Shown here: positions 1 through 10,280 of the stretch, piece by piece | How positions within the stretch are numbered: the first letter of the stretch is position 1 | Layout of the letters: every line of letters begins with the position of its first letter | DNA from: Tubulanus polymorphus | Lineage: Eukaryota > Animalia > Nemertea | NCBI RefSeq assembly: GCF_964204645.1 | Contig: NC_134032.1 | Location: 10,032,275-10,096,274, forward strand | Reading direction: 5' to 3' | DNA: 64,000 nt | The notes under the pieces: model-generated | Told to the model about the DNA's origin: nothing | Databases searched by the model: none | The model's input: only the letters and a program-made list of their open reading frames with translations | Position numbers and translations under genes: made by a program

Positions 1-145
1 ATTCTAATGTCTGACGTAAATCCCCTTATGACATCATCGTCGGAATTCGTCGTAACTAAAATCGGGCCATGATGGAAGATTCCCCTATTCTGAATAAACC
101 GAATTGTTTCATTAATCTTAAGATATCTACATCCTCTCATTTTAG

Positions 146-546
146 GGACAAAACGGTCAGTGTAGAGGAAAGCGCTGAGAAACGGGATGCAGATTGTTGT
201 TAGTAAGAATCTATTAATGCACTAAACCTCATTGATTCCCAAACAACATCTAGAAAACCGAATGCCGTATAAAAAGTTATTTAGAAATAACGTTACATGA
301 CGCATGAGGGCTGCAATATAACATTTGTAGTAAAACCGGTTTTGAAGTCAGAATTTTTCTAAAAAGTGTTATTAGTTGAACTAACGTACCGAGTTCGAAC
401 CCCACTTTAACAGTCCCATTTCTGACATCCTGACATGTTATTCTCTCCTTGTGAAAATTCTAAAGCGGTTCACAAGAAGAAGATGCCGGTTCAGTGAAAA
501 GAATTGCCAACAGTCAGCCTGCACTAGAAGCGGGAAAAAGAAACCC
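146..546 (+). CDS. Pro-region exon pair of knottin precursor A, array unit 1 (146-202 DKTVSVEESAEKRDADCC; 466-546 GSQEEDAGSVKRIANSQPALEAGKRNP)
   Basis: tttag|...|gtaag (57 nt) and aag|...|gtaag (81 nt), both phase 2-2. Homologous to gene B exons 24554-24610 and 24865-24954. Confidence 0.65.
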
Positions 547-1823
547 GTAAGTTTCCGTACCCCACTTTAAATGTATGAATGATCCATATAAATTTGAAAT
601 CCCGTACATGAGGTAGCGTTGCATCAAGGTATCTGGCGAAAGTGTGGGTTAAAAATGCGGCAGTTTACTGCCGTGTTCGCGGGCACAGCTGATAAATTGA
701 TAGCACCGAATTGTTAGTGAAAGTCTAATATTAGCACGACTGGAATACTTGTTTTATCGCCATCAATTGAAGTAATTTAATGATCCGTTTTAGAGCCTGG
801 TTATCTCATCCTCACACGGCAGGTATTCGAACCTGATGGCATCGCTACACTCGCACAGTGCCGCGGCACGAACCCCTGCCACAGTAGACCGGGTGCGCAG
901 GTACATGCGCAGCTTTGCCGCACGAAAACTTGCGGCACAAATCAGATTGCTCGTTGTATAATCGCCGAGATAAATTTCACGGAAGAACTATAAATGGGAA
1001 AACCCGTGCTAAAATAAAACGGGATAGCTGATTGGCAAATAAGGACATCATCTAAGCTGCGCGTGTAGCTGTGCACTCGACGTATCGGCCCCACCGCGCG
1101 GGATTTACGCGAAGCAGCAAACACAAACATGGCCACTCTCTCAATTTTCAATGATAGAAATCGTGTGTGAATTTCAATTATTTCGGCTGTTAGGGGTTTA
1201 AGGCACAATATAAGTTGATGATGTGGTATGGCGATGTTAATTAATGATAATTCCGCAGTGAAGCTAGTCACGAACGGTGCCGATTGAGTGTACAGCTGCC
1301 AAAAACACTGAAATGTGCGTAGTTGCGTAACTATTTGCAGTGAATTGCAGACGAAACATGAAGCCTTAACGGCCGTTTAAAAAAAATTATACCAATCGCA
1401 ATTGTAAAATAAAAATGAGAACCTAAGTTAAAATTCTGGCCATTTCTAAAATGTTATTACTAATTTTTAGTCAGTGCCGAACGTTTAGTTTTCCAACAAT
1501 AATGAGGGGTGGTAGGTAGTCATGCAATTCAAGTCATCATTTATTACACGTTACTTCCGTGTTGTTGAAAATCTCGCGAGTCCTGGACCAAACCCCAATG
1601 AACAATGTAATCTGTGTGCTGGCAACAAATGCACACAGATCACACTACACTATCCATTACACACTCCAGTACCCACAGCTTTCATATATCCATCCAAATA
1701 TTTAGAGTGTCTTTCTTCCTGGGTCTAGTGTGGCATACCAGTAATAGGGAAAGTGGGCTTTCATACCAGAGGTCGAAGGTCGAGACACCACTCATCACCA
1801 CAAGTAATTTTTTTCTCTTATAA

Positions 1824-2150
1824 ATGGGGGATAGAAAAGCATTCTTAGCAACAAGAAATAACAGAATAAAACCAGCAAAAAAACAATTTGAAATAAAAAA
1901 GTTAGTTGATGTTACAAAAGAAATTGAACATAAAATATTGAAATTAGAAAAGATAAAAACTAAATATGGAGAGAAAGTATTAGCTAATTTAAGCTACTGC
2001 AATGTTAGTACATCGCGAGAATTTAAAGTATTTTTACCTGATAAATGGGTTTCATTGAGTACAGAGGAATTAAAAGATTTAGAAGGATTTAAAATAATCT
2101 ATCATGGAAAAAATGAAGATGGCCATCATGATTTAGAAATTGTTGATTAA
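1824..2150 (+). CDS. Small basic hypothetical protein of the Polinton fragment (108 aa)
   Basis: Clean ORF in very AT-rich DNA, kept in all 3 copies; TKYG...VFLP...IYHGK pattern. Function not established. Confidence 0.55.
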   Translation: MGDRKAFLATRNNRIKPAKKQFEIKKLVDVTKEIEHKILKLEKIKTKYGEKVLANLSYCNVSTSREFKVFLPDKWVSLSTEELKDLEGFKIIYHGKNEDGHHDLEIVD

Positions 2151-2300
2151 ATTTAAAAAAAATAAATTAATAAAAATAATGAATATCTAGAATCCGAAAT
2201 GACTTATCTGGACAATTTAATTGCTCCGCATAGATAGAAAAAAGTAGTGAGATATTCAATTAATTAAAAAAAATCATTTTTTTGCTTTTTTTCTAAAATA

Positions 2301-2654
2301 TTAATCCATTTTTTTTATTATCAATTTTGGAATTTCAGAAGTATTTTCATTTTTGATTGCAGTTGTTTCAGAATTATTAATATCATGAATTTTATTTGAT
2401 TTCTTATACCAATTACACCCAATCAAAAAGAATACAATTACAAATCCAACTGTAAAATATAGACATTTATCAAATATTCTATCATTAGAAGGAGTAGAAA
2501 TAACAATATTTTCACCATTTTTATTAACATTTTTATTACTTATTTTTTCTTTTACAGCTTTTTTATATTCTTGTGATTTAATTCCTAATTGCCGAGACCA
2601 TTCAATTTGTGTCTGTGATCTCGGTTTTTTCTTCACTTCTTCCACCTTGTTCAT
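2301..2654 (-). CDS. Polinton accessory protein with basic N-terminus and one TM segment (117 aa)
   Basis: Hydrophobic stretch CLYFTVGFVIVFFLIGC. Overlaps the neighbouring ORF in a virus-like compact layout. Confidence 0.55.
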   Translation of the reverse strand: MNKVEEVKKKPRSQTQIEWSRQLGIKSQEYKKAVKEKISNKNVNKNGENIVISTPSNDRIFDKCLYFTVGFVIVFFLIGCNWYKKSNKIHDINNSETTAIKNENTSEIPKLIIKKMD

Positions 2655-2952
2655 TTATTATAGAAATATTTTTACTTTGAATATTTGAAAATGTTATAAC
2701 TCCAGTTGATAATAATGTCATAAATCCACCTAATTGAAATGATAAATATCCAATCCATTTATTTAATTTGGTCATAACTAAATAATCATTTTTTAAATCA
2801 GCATATAATCTATTTTCATCTTGAATTGGCAGCATATAATTACATAATTTACTATAACCTTTTACTACATTTTCTGATATCGCGTCATTAATTCTAGCTG
2901 TTCTCGCGGTTTCATAAATTTTAAATAATCTAATAATTTCATCTGATTTCAT
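2602..2952 (-). CDS. Polinton accessory protein (116 aa; probably the 3' part of a disrupted longer ORF)
   Basis: Frame extends upstream as ILIASGKGKNFIGKNLIYNELDT. C-terminal hydrophobic segment present. Confidence 0.5.
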   Translation of the reverse strand: MKSDEIIRLFKIYETARTARINDAISENVVKGYSKLCNYMLPIQDENRLYADLKNDYLVMTKLNKWIGYLSFQLGGFMTLLSTGVITFSNIQSKNISIINEQGGRSEEKTEITDTN

Positions 2953-3459
2953 TGTATCTAATTCATTATAAATTAAATTTTTACCGATAAAATTTTTACC
3001 TTTTCCAGATGCTATTAGTATTTCTTATTGATGTTTACAATAATTTATTTATTTTACAATATTTAATTATTATTTGTTGTAACATTATTTAAAGCACCAT
3101 CATCTGGAGTTAATTTTGTTTCTGTTATTCCTAAATCATCTAAAGTTTTTTTAATTGGAACATCACCATTTTTAGATTTTATTTTCTTTTCACCTCCCAT
3201 TTATATAACAAACAAATTAGTTGTGTTGTTGCAACTAGAATTCAACTAGAATGTAACTAGAATTCAACTAGATTAACAAGCTAGTTGAAATATTGTTGTT
3301 TTTGTTTATTTCTTGTTGAATTTTATTTGATTTTTGTTTCAACTACTAATAACTAGAATTCAACTAGAATGTTACTAGAATTCAACTAGATTAACAAGCC
3401 AGTTGAATTTAAATAAATTCATATTTAAATGGGTGTTGTAATCTAAATAGTAATTTTGA

Positions 3460-4017
3460 TCATTTAATATTTTTCAATTTATCCATATATTCATTATGTA
3501 AATCATGTGGAATAATATCATTTTCCTCAAGCGCATTTTTCATAGATTTTCTATCTTTATTGTAGAATAAAACTAAAAATCTAATGTTTTCTCTAAAGTC
3601 TTCAACAATTGAATTATATTTTTGATTTAAAACCCAAGTTGTTATCCCAAAATGTCTACCAGAAAAAGCTAAATAACATAACTCACTCTCTCTAATTTTT
3701 GAATCATGTAAATTTGCGCAATCATCTATAATGAATAATGTATTTGATCCTTTATAAATATCTATTGCTATTTTAATACAATTATCTAAATTTTCTTTTA
3801 CTGTTTTAGGATCTAATATAATAAATTTATTATTTCTAGTAATATTTCTATCATAAGTTTGATTAAATTCATATGTTGGACAAAATAATACTATATTATC
3901 AAAATATTTTTTATAAACAGTTTCTAGTAAATTTAATATAAAATAAGTTTTTCCACAATTTGTTACACCAGAAATTAACATATTATGAGGCTCAAATATA
4001 AATAATTCCTTATTCAT
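3460..4017 (-). CDS. A32/FtsK-HerA-type DNA packaging ATPase of Polinton, with a probable premature stop
   Basis: Walker A GVTNCGKT, Walker B LFIIDD, SGRHFG motif. The frame continues past the TGA as SKLLFRLQHPFKYEFI*. Confidence 0.88.
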   Translation of the reverse strand: MNKELFIFEPHNMLISGVTNCGKTYFILNLLETVYKKYFDNIVLFCPTYEFNQTYDRNITRNNKFIILDPKTVKENLDNCIKIAIDIYKGSNTLFIIDDCANLHDSKIRESELCYLAFSGRHFGITTWVLNQKYNSIVEDFRENIRFLVLFYNKDRKSMKNALEENDIIPHDLHNEYMDKLKNIK

Positions 4018-4605
4018 TTATATATTTTTAATTTTACTTGATAATATCCATTCATTAAATTTATCTGGCCATCCAACCCATTTTACTAAAGAATATTTTT
4101 TTCTTTTAATAGTTTTTGTTTTTAATACTTTTTCAATTTTATATTCTTGTTCTAGATTTTCAGTAGTTAAACTTAATTCTTCTTCGTAAAGGTAGCCATC
4201 AACTTCTTCACCATCTAAATCTTCTAACTTATAGACATATGGTTTTGTTGTTATTACCTTTTTTATTTTATATATTTCCCTAGTAAAATTTCGATCGTAT
4301 CCTTTGTCAAATATCTTTTTATACTTAGAAATTCTAACATTTTGACCAACTTTAAATTTAGGTTCACCAAAATCATCTACAAGAAATGCTCCATATAAAT
4401 TATTCCAAACAATTTCAGCATTTTCAGGTTTTCTAGCATCAATAGGTTTCATTCCAATAGAAGAATGATAAGAATTATTATATCCTTCTATCAATTTCGG
4501 TAAAACATCAATCCATTTAAAAGTATTATTTGCTGTAAAATATTTCCACATTCTTGTTCTTAATGTTCTATTAAATCGTTCAACAACTGCTGCTTTTTTA
4601 TCCGA
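4018..4605 (-). pseudogene. 5'-truncated Polinton c-integrase with C-terminal chromodomain
   Basis: SDKKAAVVERFNRTLRTR (catalytic E region) precedes the ORF. Also YNNSYHSSIGMKP, FKVGQNVRISK, and chromodomain YKIEKVL...YSLVKWVGWPDKFNEW. The D,D part of the DDE triad is missing. Confidence 0.92.
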
Positions 4606-5004
4606 TTGATATCATGTCGTTTTCCTTCATGATTTTCAGACCTATTTGACTGAAGACGAAAGGCCGTACTTGAATCCTCCTCCCCCACCTATAACGTCAT
4701 GGGGTTATATAAATAGATGGGGTCAGGCTGAAGATGAAATGAAGCCCATTTCGATTAAGAGATTAGAATAACTCATGCATCAAAGTTCAATCTTTGGTCT
4801 ACAGTGAAAAGAACAGTTTTGTTAAGTTTAGGTTTTTTTTAATGAAACCCCATGTTTCTATTCTAATGTCTGACGTAAATCCCCTTATGACATCATCGTC
4901 GGAATTCGTCGTAACTAAAATCGGGCCATGATGGAAGATTCCCCTATTCTGAATAAACCGAATTGTTTCATTAATCTTAAGATATCTACATCCTCTCATT
5001 TTAG

Positions 5005-5405
5005 GGACAAAACGGTCAGTGTAGAGGAAAGCGCTGAGAAACGGGATGCAGATTGTTGTTAGTAAGAATCTATTAATGCACTAAACCTCATTGATTCCCA
5101 AACAACATCTAGAAAACCGAATGCCGTATAAAAAGTTATTTAGAAATAACGTTACATGACGCATGAGGGCTGCAATATAACATTTGTAGTAAAACCGGTT
5201 TTGAAGTCAGAATTTTTCTAAAAAGTGTTATTAGTTGAACTAACGTACCGAGTTCGAACCCCACTTTAACAGTCCCATTTCTGACATCCTGACATGTTAT
5301 TCTCTCCTTGTGAAAATTCTATAGCGGTTCACAAGAAGAAGATGCCGGTTCAGTGAAAAGAATTGCCAACAGTCAGCCTGCACTAGAAGCGGGAAAAAGA
5401 AACCC
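5005..5405 (+). CDS. Pro-region exon pair of knottin precursor A, unit 2 (5005-5061; 5325-5405)
   Basis: Same 57-nt and 81-nt phase 2-2 exons with AG/GTAAG boundaries. Confidence 0.65.
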
Positions 5406-8334
5406 GTAAGTTTCCGTACCCCACTTTAAATGTATGAATGATCCATATAATTTTGAAATCCCGTACATGAGGTAGCGTTGCATCAAGGTATCTGGCGAAA
5501 GTGTGGGTTAAAAATGCGGCAGTTTACTGCCGTGTTCGCGGGCACAGCTGATAAATTGATAGCACCGAATTGTTAGTGAAAGTCTAATATTAGCACGACT
5601 GGAATACTTGTTTTATCGCCATCAATTGAAGTAATTTAATGGACGTTTGCATAGCGATCCGTTTTAGAGCCTGGTTATCTCATCCTCACACGGCAGGTAT
5701 TCGAACCTGATGGCATCGCTACACTCGCACAGTGCCGCGGCACGAACCCCTGCCACAGTAGACCGGGTGCGCAGGTACATGCGCAGCTTTGCCGCACGAA
5801 AACTTGCGGCACAAATCAGATTGCTCGTTGTATAATCGCCGAGATAAATTTCACGGAAGAACTATAAATGGGAAAACCCGTGCTAAAATAAAACGGGATA
5901 GCTGATTGGCAAATAAGGACATCATCTAAGCTGCGCGTGTAGCTGTGCACTCGACGTATCGGCCCCACCGCGCGGGATTTACGCGAAGCAGCAAACACAA
6001 ACATGGCCACTCTCTCAATTTTCAATGATAGAAATCGTGTGTGAATTTCAATTATTTCGGCTGTTAGGGGTTTAAGGCACAATATAAGTTGATGATGTGG
6101 TATGGCGATGTTAATTAATGATAATTCCGCAGTGAAGCTAGTCACGAACGGTGCCGATTGAGTGTACAGCTGCCAAAAACACTGAAATGTGCGTAGTTGC
6201 GTAACTATTTGCAGTGAATTGCAGACGAAACATGAAGCCTTAACGGCCGTTTAAAAAAAAATTATACCAATCGCAATTGTAAAATAAAAATGAGAACCTA
6301 AGTTAAAATTCTGGCCATTTCTAAAATGTTATTACTAATTTTTAGTCAGTGCCGAACGTTTAGTTTTCCAACAATAATGAGGGGTGGTAGGTAGTCATGC
6401 AATTCAAGTCATCATTTATTACACGTTACTTCCGTGTTGTTGAAAATCTCGCGAGTCCTGGACCAAACCCCAATGAACAATGTAATCTGTGTGCTGGCAA
6501 CAAATGCACACAGATCACACTACACTATCCATTACACACTCCAGTACCCACAGCTTTCATATATCCATCCAAATATTTAGAGTGTCTTTCTTCCTGGGTC
6601 TAGTGTGGCATACCAGTAATAGGGAAAGTGGGCTTTCATACCAGAGGTCGAAGGTCGAGACACCACTCATCACCACAAGTAATTTTTTTCTCTTATAAAT
6701 GGGGGATAGAAAAGCATTCTTAGCAACAAGAAATAACAGAATAAAACCAGCAAAAAAACAATTTGAAATAAAAAAGTTAGTTGATGTTACAAAAGAAATT
6801 GAACATAAAATATTGAAATTAGAAAAGATAAAAACTAAATATGGAGAGAAAGTATTAGCTAATTTAAGCTACTGCAATGTTAGTACATCGCGAGAATTTA
6901 AAGTATTTTTACCTGATAAATGGGTTTCATTGAGTACAGAGGAATTAAAAGATTTAGAAGGATTTAAAATAATCTATCATGGAAAAAATGAAGATGGCCA
7001 TCATGATTTAGAAATTGTTGATTAAATTTAAAAAAAATAAATTAATAAAAATAATGAATATCTAGAATCCGAAATGACTTATCTGGACAATTTAATTGCT
7101 CCGCATAGATAGAAAAAAGTAGTGAGATATTCAATTAATTAAAAAAAATCATTTTTTTGCTTTTTTTCTAAAATATTAATCCATTTTTTTTATTATCAAT
7201 TTTGGAATTTCAGAAGTATTTTCATTTTTGATTGCAGTTGTTTCAGAATTATTAATATCATGAATTTTATTTGATTTCTTATACCAATTACACCCAATCA
7301 AAAAGAATACAATTACAAATCCAACTGTAAAATATAGACATTTATCAAATATTCTATCATTAGAAGGAGTAGAAATAACAATATTTTCACCATTTTTATT
7401 AACATTTTTATTACTTATTTTTTCTTTTACAGCTTTTTTATATTCTTGTGATTTAATTCCTAATTGCCGAGACCATTCAATTTGTGTCTGTGATCTCGGT
7501 TTTTTCTTCACTTCTTCCACCTTGTTCATTTATTATAGAAATATTTTTACTTTGAATATTTGAAAATGTTATAACTCCAGTTGATAATAATGTCATAAAT
7601 CCACCTAATTGAAATGATAAATATCCAATCCATTTATTTAATTCGGTCATAACTAAATAATCATTTTTTAAATCAGCATATAATCTATTTTCATCTTGAA
7701 TTGGCAGCATATAATTACATAATTTACTATAACCTTTTACTACATTTTCTGATATCGCGTCATTAATTCTAGCTGTTCTCGCGGTTTCATAAATTTTAAA
7801 TAATCTAATAATTTCATCTGATTTCATTGTATCTAATTCATTATAAATTAAATTTTTACCGATAAAATTTTTACCTTTTCCAGATGCTATTAGTATTTCT
7901 TATTGATGTTTACAATAATTTATTTATTTTACAATATTTAATTATTATTTGTTGTAACATTATTTAAAGCACCATCATCTGGAGTTAATTTTGTTTCTGT
8001 TATTCCTAAATCATCTAAAGTTTTTTTAATTGGAACATCACCATTTTTAGATTTTATTTTCTTTTCACCTCCCATTTATATAACAAACAAATTAGTTGTG
8101 TTGTTGCAACTAGAATTCAACTAGAATGTAACTAGAATTCAACTAGATTAACAAGCTAGTTGAAATATTGTTGTTTTTGTTTATTTCTTGTTGAATTTTA
8201 TTTGATTTTTGTTTCAACTACTAATAACTAGAATTCAACTAGAATGTTACTAGAATTCAACTAGATTAACAAGCCAGTTGAATTTAAATAAATTCATATT
8301 TAAATGGGTGTTGTAATCTAAATAGTAATTTTGA

Positions 8335-8892
8335 TCATTTAATATTTTTCAATTTATCCATATATTCATTATGTAAATCATGTGGAATAATATCATTTTC
8401 CTCAAGCGCATTTTTCATAGATTTTCTATCTTTATTGTAGAATAAAACTAAAAATCTAATGTTTTCTCTAAAGTCTTCAACAATTGAATTATATTTTTGA
8501 TTTAAAACCCAAGTTGTTATCCCAAAATGTCTACCAGAAAAAGCTAAATAACATAACTCACTCTCTCTAATTTTTGAATCATGTAAATTTGCGCAATCAT
8601 CTATAATGAATAATGTATTTGATCCTTTATAAATATCTATTGCTATTTTAATACAATTATCTAAATTTTCTTTTACTGTTCTAGGATCTAATATAATAAA
8701 TTTATTATTTCTAGTAATATTTCTATCATAAGTTTGATTAAATTCATATGTTGGACAAAATAATACTATATTATCAAAATATTTTTTATAAACAGTTTCT
8801 AGTAAATTTAATATAAAATAAGTTTTTCCACAATTTGTTACACCAGAAATTAACATATTATGAGGCTCAAATATAAATAATTCCTTATTCAT
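8335..8892 (-). CDS. Polinton packaging ATPase, copy 2
   Basis: Same Walker A/B and GRH motifs; one K>R change versus copy 1. Confidence 0.85.
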   Translation of the reverse strand: MNKELFIFEPHNMLISGVTNCGKTYFILNLLETVYKKYFDNIVLFCPTYEFNQTYDRNITRNNKFIILDPRTVKENLDNCIKIAIDIYKGSNTLFIIDDCANLHDSKIRESELCYLAFSGRHFGITTWVLNQKYNSIVEDFRENIRFLVLFYNKDRKSMKNALEENDIIPHDLHNEYMDKLKNIK

Positions 8893-9480
8893 TTATATAT
8901 TTTTAATTTTACTTGATAATATCCATTCATTAAATTTATCTGGCCATCCAACCCATTTTACTAAAGAATATTTTTTTCTTTTAATAGTTTTTGTTTTTAA
9001 TACTTTTTCAATTTTATATTCTTGTTCTAGATTTTCAGTAGTTAAACTTAATTCTTCTTCGTAAAGGTAGCCATCAACTTCTTCACCATCTAAATCTTCT
9101 AATTTATAGACATATGGTTTTGTTGTTATTACCTTTTTTATTTTATATATTTCCCTAGTAAAATTTCGATCGTATCCTTTGTCAAATATCTTTTTATACT
9201 TAGAAATTCTAACATTTTGACCAACTTTAAATTTAGGTTCACCAAAATCATCTACAAGAAATGCTCCATATAAATTATTCCAAACAATTTCAGCATTTTC
9301 AGGTTTTCTAGCATCAATAGGTTTCATTCCAATAGAAGAATGATAAGAATTATTATATCCTTCTATCAATTTCGGTAAAACATCAATCCATTTAAAAGTA
9401 TTATTTGCTGTAAAATATTTCCACATTCTTGTTCTTAATGTTCTATTAAATCGTTCAACAACTGCTGCTTTTTTATCCGA
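8893..9480 (-). pseudogene. Truncated Polinton integrase-chromodomain, copy 2
   Basis: Protein identical to copy 1. Confidence 0.9.
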
Positions 9481-9879
9481 TTGATATCATGTCGTTTTCC
9501 TTCATGATTTTCAGACCTATTTGACTGAAGACGAAAGGCCGTACTTGAATCCTCCTCCCCCACCTATAACGTCATGGGGTTATATAAATAGATGGGGTCA
9601 GGCTGAAGATGAAATGAAGCCCATTTCGATTAAGAGATTAGAATAACTCATGCATCAAAGTTCAATCTTTGGTCTACAGTGAAAAGAACAGTTTTGTTAA
9701 GTTTAGGTTTTTTTTAATGAAACCCCATGTTTCTATTCTAATGTCTGACGTAAATCCCCTTATGACATCATCGTCGGAATTCGTCGTAACTAAAATCGGG
9801 CCATGATGGAAGATTCCCCTATTCTGAATAAACCGAATTGTTTCATTAATCTTAAGATATCTACATCCTCTCATTTTAG

Positions 9880-10280
9880 GGACAAAACGGTCAGTGTAGA
9901 GGAAAGCGCTGAGAAACGGGATGCAGATTGTTGTTAGTAAGAATCTATAAATGCACTAAACCTCATTGATTCCCAAACAACATCTAGAAAACCGAATGCC
10001 GTATAAAAAGTTATTTAGAAATAACGTTACATGACGCATGAGGGCTGCAATATAACATTTGTAGTAAAACCGGTTTTGAAGTCAGAATTTTTCTAAAAAG
10101 TGTTATTAGTTGAACTAACGTACCGAGTTCGAACCCCACTTTAACAGTCCCATTTCTGACATCCTGACATGTTATTCTCTCCTTGTGAAAATTCTATAGC
10201 GGTTCACAAGAAGAAGATGCCGGTTCAGTGAAAAGAATTGCCAACAGTCAGCCTGCACTAGAAGCGGGAAAAAGAAACCC
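9880..10280 (+). CDS. Pro-region exon pair of knottin precursor A, unit 3 (9880-9936; 10200-10280)
   Basis: Same phase 2-2 exons. Confidence 0.65.

Larger units (their letters stand above)
1737..4607 (-). mobile_element. Polinton/Maverick (adintovirus-like) fragment, copy 1
   Basis: Very AT-rich, intronless, tightly packed ORFs: integrase C-terminal half with chromodomain next to an A32-like ATPase and small ORFs. No pPolB, capsid or TIR visible. Confidence 0.88.
6612..9482 (-). mobile_element. Polinton/Maverick fragment, copy 2
   Basis: Near-identical to copy 1 (ORFs 6699-7025, 7176-7529, 7477-7827, 8335-8892, 8893-9426). Confidence 0.88.

Noticed and set aside
942-1823. ORFs of 109, 68 and 69 aa repeated in each array unit and near 19.1-19.7 kb
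   Set aside because: They span MITE/repeat junctions, one is frameshifted in unit 3, and none has a recognisable motif.
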